Of a DNA stretch of 64,000 nucleotides, positions 60,973 to 64,000 are shown piece by piece. Every line of letters starts with the position of its first letter. Positions within the stretch are counted from its first letter, which is position 1. The stretch comes from Lama glama (lineage: Eukaryota). The notes under the pieces were generated by a model. It saw nothing but the letters and a program-made list of their open reading frames with translations. It was not told the origin of the DNA and searched no databases. The DNA lies in the NCBI GenBank assembly GCA_028534125.1, contig CM052818.1:48362001-48426000 (forward strand), written 5' to 3'. The translations under genes and the position numbers were made by a program.

Positions 60973-61744
60973 TTCATTAAGATTGAAAGACAAAATACGT
61001 GAATGCAACATGGATAGGTACTTATTCTGTCATCGCACTTCCCCAGTTTTCTTCAATAGGTGTTTTCTTAAAAAAAAAAACATTAAAATTAGTACTGAGA
61101 GGTTTTTCAGGGCTGCATCTAATGCCTCTCCACCATCTCCCGAATCTCTCTCTTCACATGTCCTGTTTCTTTATTGTCTAAACACATTTGTTTCTTAATA
61201 ATATACCATCTAGAGGCAGCTTGATGAGAGCCAGTAACACACCAGGAGTCAGGAAAACCATGAAACGGGAAGATGTGCGTTCTCATCCTGCCCCTCACTG
61301 GGGACATGAACTCGGGAGTCCGTTTAGCTGCTCTGAGCTGCAGACTCATTAGAGGGAATTCAAAATGCCTCTCTCACAGGAACGGCCTGAGGACTGGTCC
61401 GATGATATGTACAAACCCCTTGCAGAATGCATCACACCATGAGGAGGTACCCCATGAACACCGTCTGGAGGGGAAGGTCTCCCAGGGAGCACCCAGGCCA
61501 GAGTGACATTTGCATCCCTTCAGGGGATGGATCAGTAGAGAAGGCTCAGCAGCGCAGCATGTTGGAAACCAGCACAACTGTTCTTTGCATCAGTAAGAAA
61601 ACACACACACACGCACACACACACAGCACTTAAAAGAAGGCAGGTGTGGCCCTTGTGAAGCCTGGACGAGGATTTCCAAGTGCAGAGCAAAGCAGGGTCC
61701 TTCCATCTGCCTAGAGAAGGCGCGTGTCCTCATCACCCGTTTCC

Positions 61745-62085
61745 AAAGGTGAAAATTAATGTGTAGCTTTGCCACAAGCTTGAAGAGGGGCACAGAACCA
61801 ACCAATTAGTCCGCAGGGCGCCCCAGGCGGAGCCCGCCGGGAGCCGCGGGGGGCAGGCTGTGCGCGCGGCGACAGCAGATGCCCACTCGCGACAGGCAGC
61901 CCATTGTGAGAAAGCAAATTTCACAAATTAGCAAGTAAGGGGGAAAAAAAACGTAATTAAAAGGATGAGGGACACGGAATCGTGGCATGTGCAGTGTTCA
62001 TTTATTTTGACAAGCATAATTTAATTTCACTTATTTAGGGTAATATTTCATCGTGCGCTAATGAATGCGCTCTTGTCTCTTTTGT
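61745..62085. promoter_or_regulatory. Candidate developmental enhancer / conserved non-coding element
   Basis: Repeat-free block dense in homeodomain, SOX and POU-type words (ccaattag, cattgt, gtaattaa, gcataatttaatt, ctaatgaat) around a CpG-rich core. Confidence 0.4.
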
Positions 62086-62559
62086 AGAAGTAATGGAATA
62101 TTAGTAATATGAGACCTCACTGCTGTTCTCTGTTACTCAATCGCTCCTGACAGGTGAGGCGAGACCACCGAGGGGCGTGCATTCCAGTGGCTGGGTTGGG
62201 GGAACCGGCAGCGTGAAAATCAGTGAGAATTCACTAAGGGACCACAATGAAGGTTTCTCAGTGTTTGCTGGTAAGTGAGCAGCATACAGATTTCAAGCAA
62301 TGTACTGGGTGACGTGTTCAGTCTCCTTCTGGTATGATCTAGACCGACTCTTCTCTGGGAAATCAGAATCACCTTTTTGTTAGAAGGCTTTTTATATGCC
62401 AAGAAGCAATACTTCTTCCAGATTTTCCTATTTCTACCAATAAATCTCTCTTCCTTCAAGACAAAACCTTCCAATTACCCTTTGCCTTTATTTTTAATTC
62501 CCCTCCTCCGCTCGTTCGTCGACACAGCCCTCACAATTCTCTGTCCAAGTCTCTCCCAT

Positions 62560-63620
62560 CCTTTCTGCTCAGCCCTCGTCACCTGAGTTGGTCACCCTCT
62601 CCCGCCACCCCTTCCAGCCTCTGCCATCCTTTATCTCCCTTCAGCCTCGTGCTCATTTACGTTAGGCTGATCTTGAAGTGTTCTTGTGAACGTGCCAGCA
62701 CTCAGTCCAAGAACTCCAGTGGTTCTGCATCGCTGCTGATGAGAGCAATGGGCTGAAGTCTATGTTCCTGGACAGGAACCCGAGACCCTCGCCAGGAGCC
62801 GGCCTCCATCTTTCTAAGCCTATTTCCTCTTACCCTTTATATGAGCCTAGTCTTCCAGCCCGTCGGTGTCCTTGGGTAAACACAGTCATTGGACCTCAGT
62901 CTCTCCATCTACAAATCATGGAGGCAATCGAGCCACAGTAACTCTCGGCTCCCCTTTGCTTAGTTTACTTTGATTAGTTTTCAATTCACCCTTTGATCTA
63001 CTGACATCGCTCATCTGACATTCACCTGAATCCTCAGACTTGCCGAACCCAGTGGGCAGTGGTCCTGGCTCCTCTGACCAGCACCGCCCAGGGCATCTCT
63101 CCTCTTAACTTTTGTGATTTTCCCCTTCTCTGGGGCTCCTCCTTCTTCTTGCATCATCTGCTCCCACTCTGCTCCCATCCCCAATTTCCTTCTTTTCATT
63201 TTCTTTAAGCTGAATCATTCCCCAGAATTTTACAAATATCTTTTTGCTACTTTTATTTTTTGTGGCTTATACAACTGGCTCAGCACTGCTCTGGAAAGCT
63301 GCTGACTTACAGATCTCCACGCCAGCCCGCATCTCTCTCCAGGGCTCTGGGCTCCCTTGCCTGGCTGGGCGGTCCACGTTGCTCCCCACGTATCTCACTG
63401 GTACCTCAAACCAAAAGTGACGCTGACTTCAATCATCATGTCATCACCAAAGGGTGCTTTATCTCTGCATCCCTTGCTTTAATGAGGAGTGTCATCTCCA
63501 CTCCGGCTGGCCAAACTGGACTCCAACCCTCCCCACTCCAGCTTCATTTTGAATTCCCCAACGTGCTCCTTAAGTGACTCAAGAATCAACTGTCACCGCC
63601 TCAGCCCAGAGCCTCACGGT
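62560..63620 (+). mobile_element. Degenerate L2 fragments with a short MIR piece at about 62865-62920
   Basis: aactccagtggttctgcatcgc, gctgacttacagatctccacgccagccc...tctctctccagggctc, cacgttg...gtatctcactggtacctcaaac; MIR core cctcagtctctccatctacaaa. Confidence 0.55.
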
Positions 63621-64000
63621 CTCCTTTTCTTTGAAGGAGTTTCCCTCAATTTGTCTGATCCCCTTTTTCTTCCCCAGGAAGCTGATCCTTGGACGCAGTT
63701 ACCAAGGCGTGGCTTCAACTTCAGGGTTTCCCCTGCAACCTCCCAGGTGGAATCTGTGCTACAGCCCTTCACCAAAAGCTGGTTCTGTGAACTGGGTGGC
63801 CCTTGAGGGTAGTCTTGACCCTGCTTCCTCTTCTACTTCAACCCACACCATGCTTTGGACTGATTTTCACACAGTCCAATGTTACCTTCCCCGATCCGAC
63901 CCCTCCTAGTGACAGCGGTCTCCTCTGTCCTCACAGCCCCCCGACCCCTAAGCAGCCTCCCACCTCAGTTGTCCTGTAATTGTCGATCTGTCTTGCTTCC

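Noticed and set aside
1..64000. Prokaryotic systems (operons, CRISPR, defence islands) and the six-frame ORFs as genes
   Set aside because: The sequence is mammalian (L1, L2, MIR, MaLR repeats, general CpG depletion). The ORFs are short, overlapping, often GTG/TTG-started and lack recognisable domains except the L1 ORF2 remnant. I saw no repeat-spacer array.
1..64000. Naming the locus (e.g. OFCC1/TFAP2A or an MROH gene)
   Set aside because: None of the candidate peptides match sequences I can recall well enough to assign a gene symbol.

Overview
Eukaryotic (placental mammal) non-coding genomic DNA, not prokaryotic. It is most likely a camelid: seven copies of a tRNA-Ala(AGC)-derived SINE with the 'aaataaa...cctaattacctcccc' body match the camelid Vic-1 family as I recall it, and there are young cetartiodactyl-type L1 3' ends. 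I cannot confidently recognise any protein-coding gene, tRNA, rRNA or CRISPR array, and the six-frame ORF track is essentially chance ORFs apart from one L1 ORF2 remnant. The window is a patchwork of interspersed repeats (L1, L2, MIR, MLT1/LTR16/MER21-type solo LTRs, MER20, MER45A, MER104, MER47/Tigger5), microsatellites, short CpG-rich patches and repeat-free, homeodomain-motif-rich blocks that look like enhancers. Items worth checking: (1) a chain of splice-site-bounded, partly frame-compatible segments on the minus strand at 52.6-55.7 kb (possibly up to 58.7 kb), including a decayed Met-Gln-x-Pro-Pro coding repeat, which may be an unannotated decayed gene; (2) a nested-palindrome element at 25.9 kb; (3) six same-orientation SINEs in 6.5 kb; (4) CpG-rich patches that look like GC-shifted ancient repeats; (5) a young inverted L1 ORF2 fragment lacking normal retrotransposition hallmarks. 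Repeat family names come from recalled consensus sequences, not a database search, and boundaries of old repeats are approximate.
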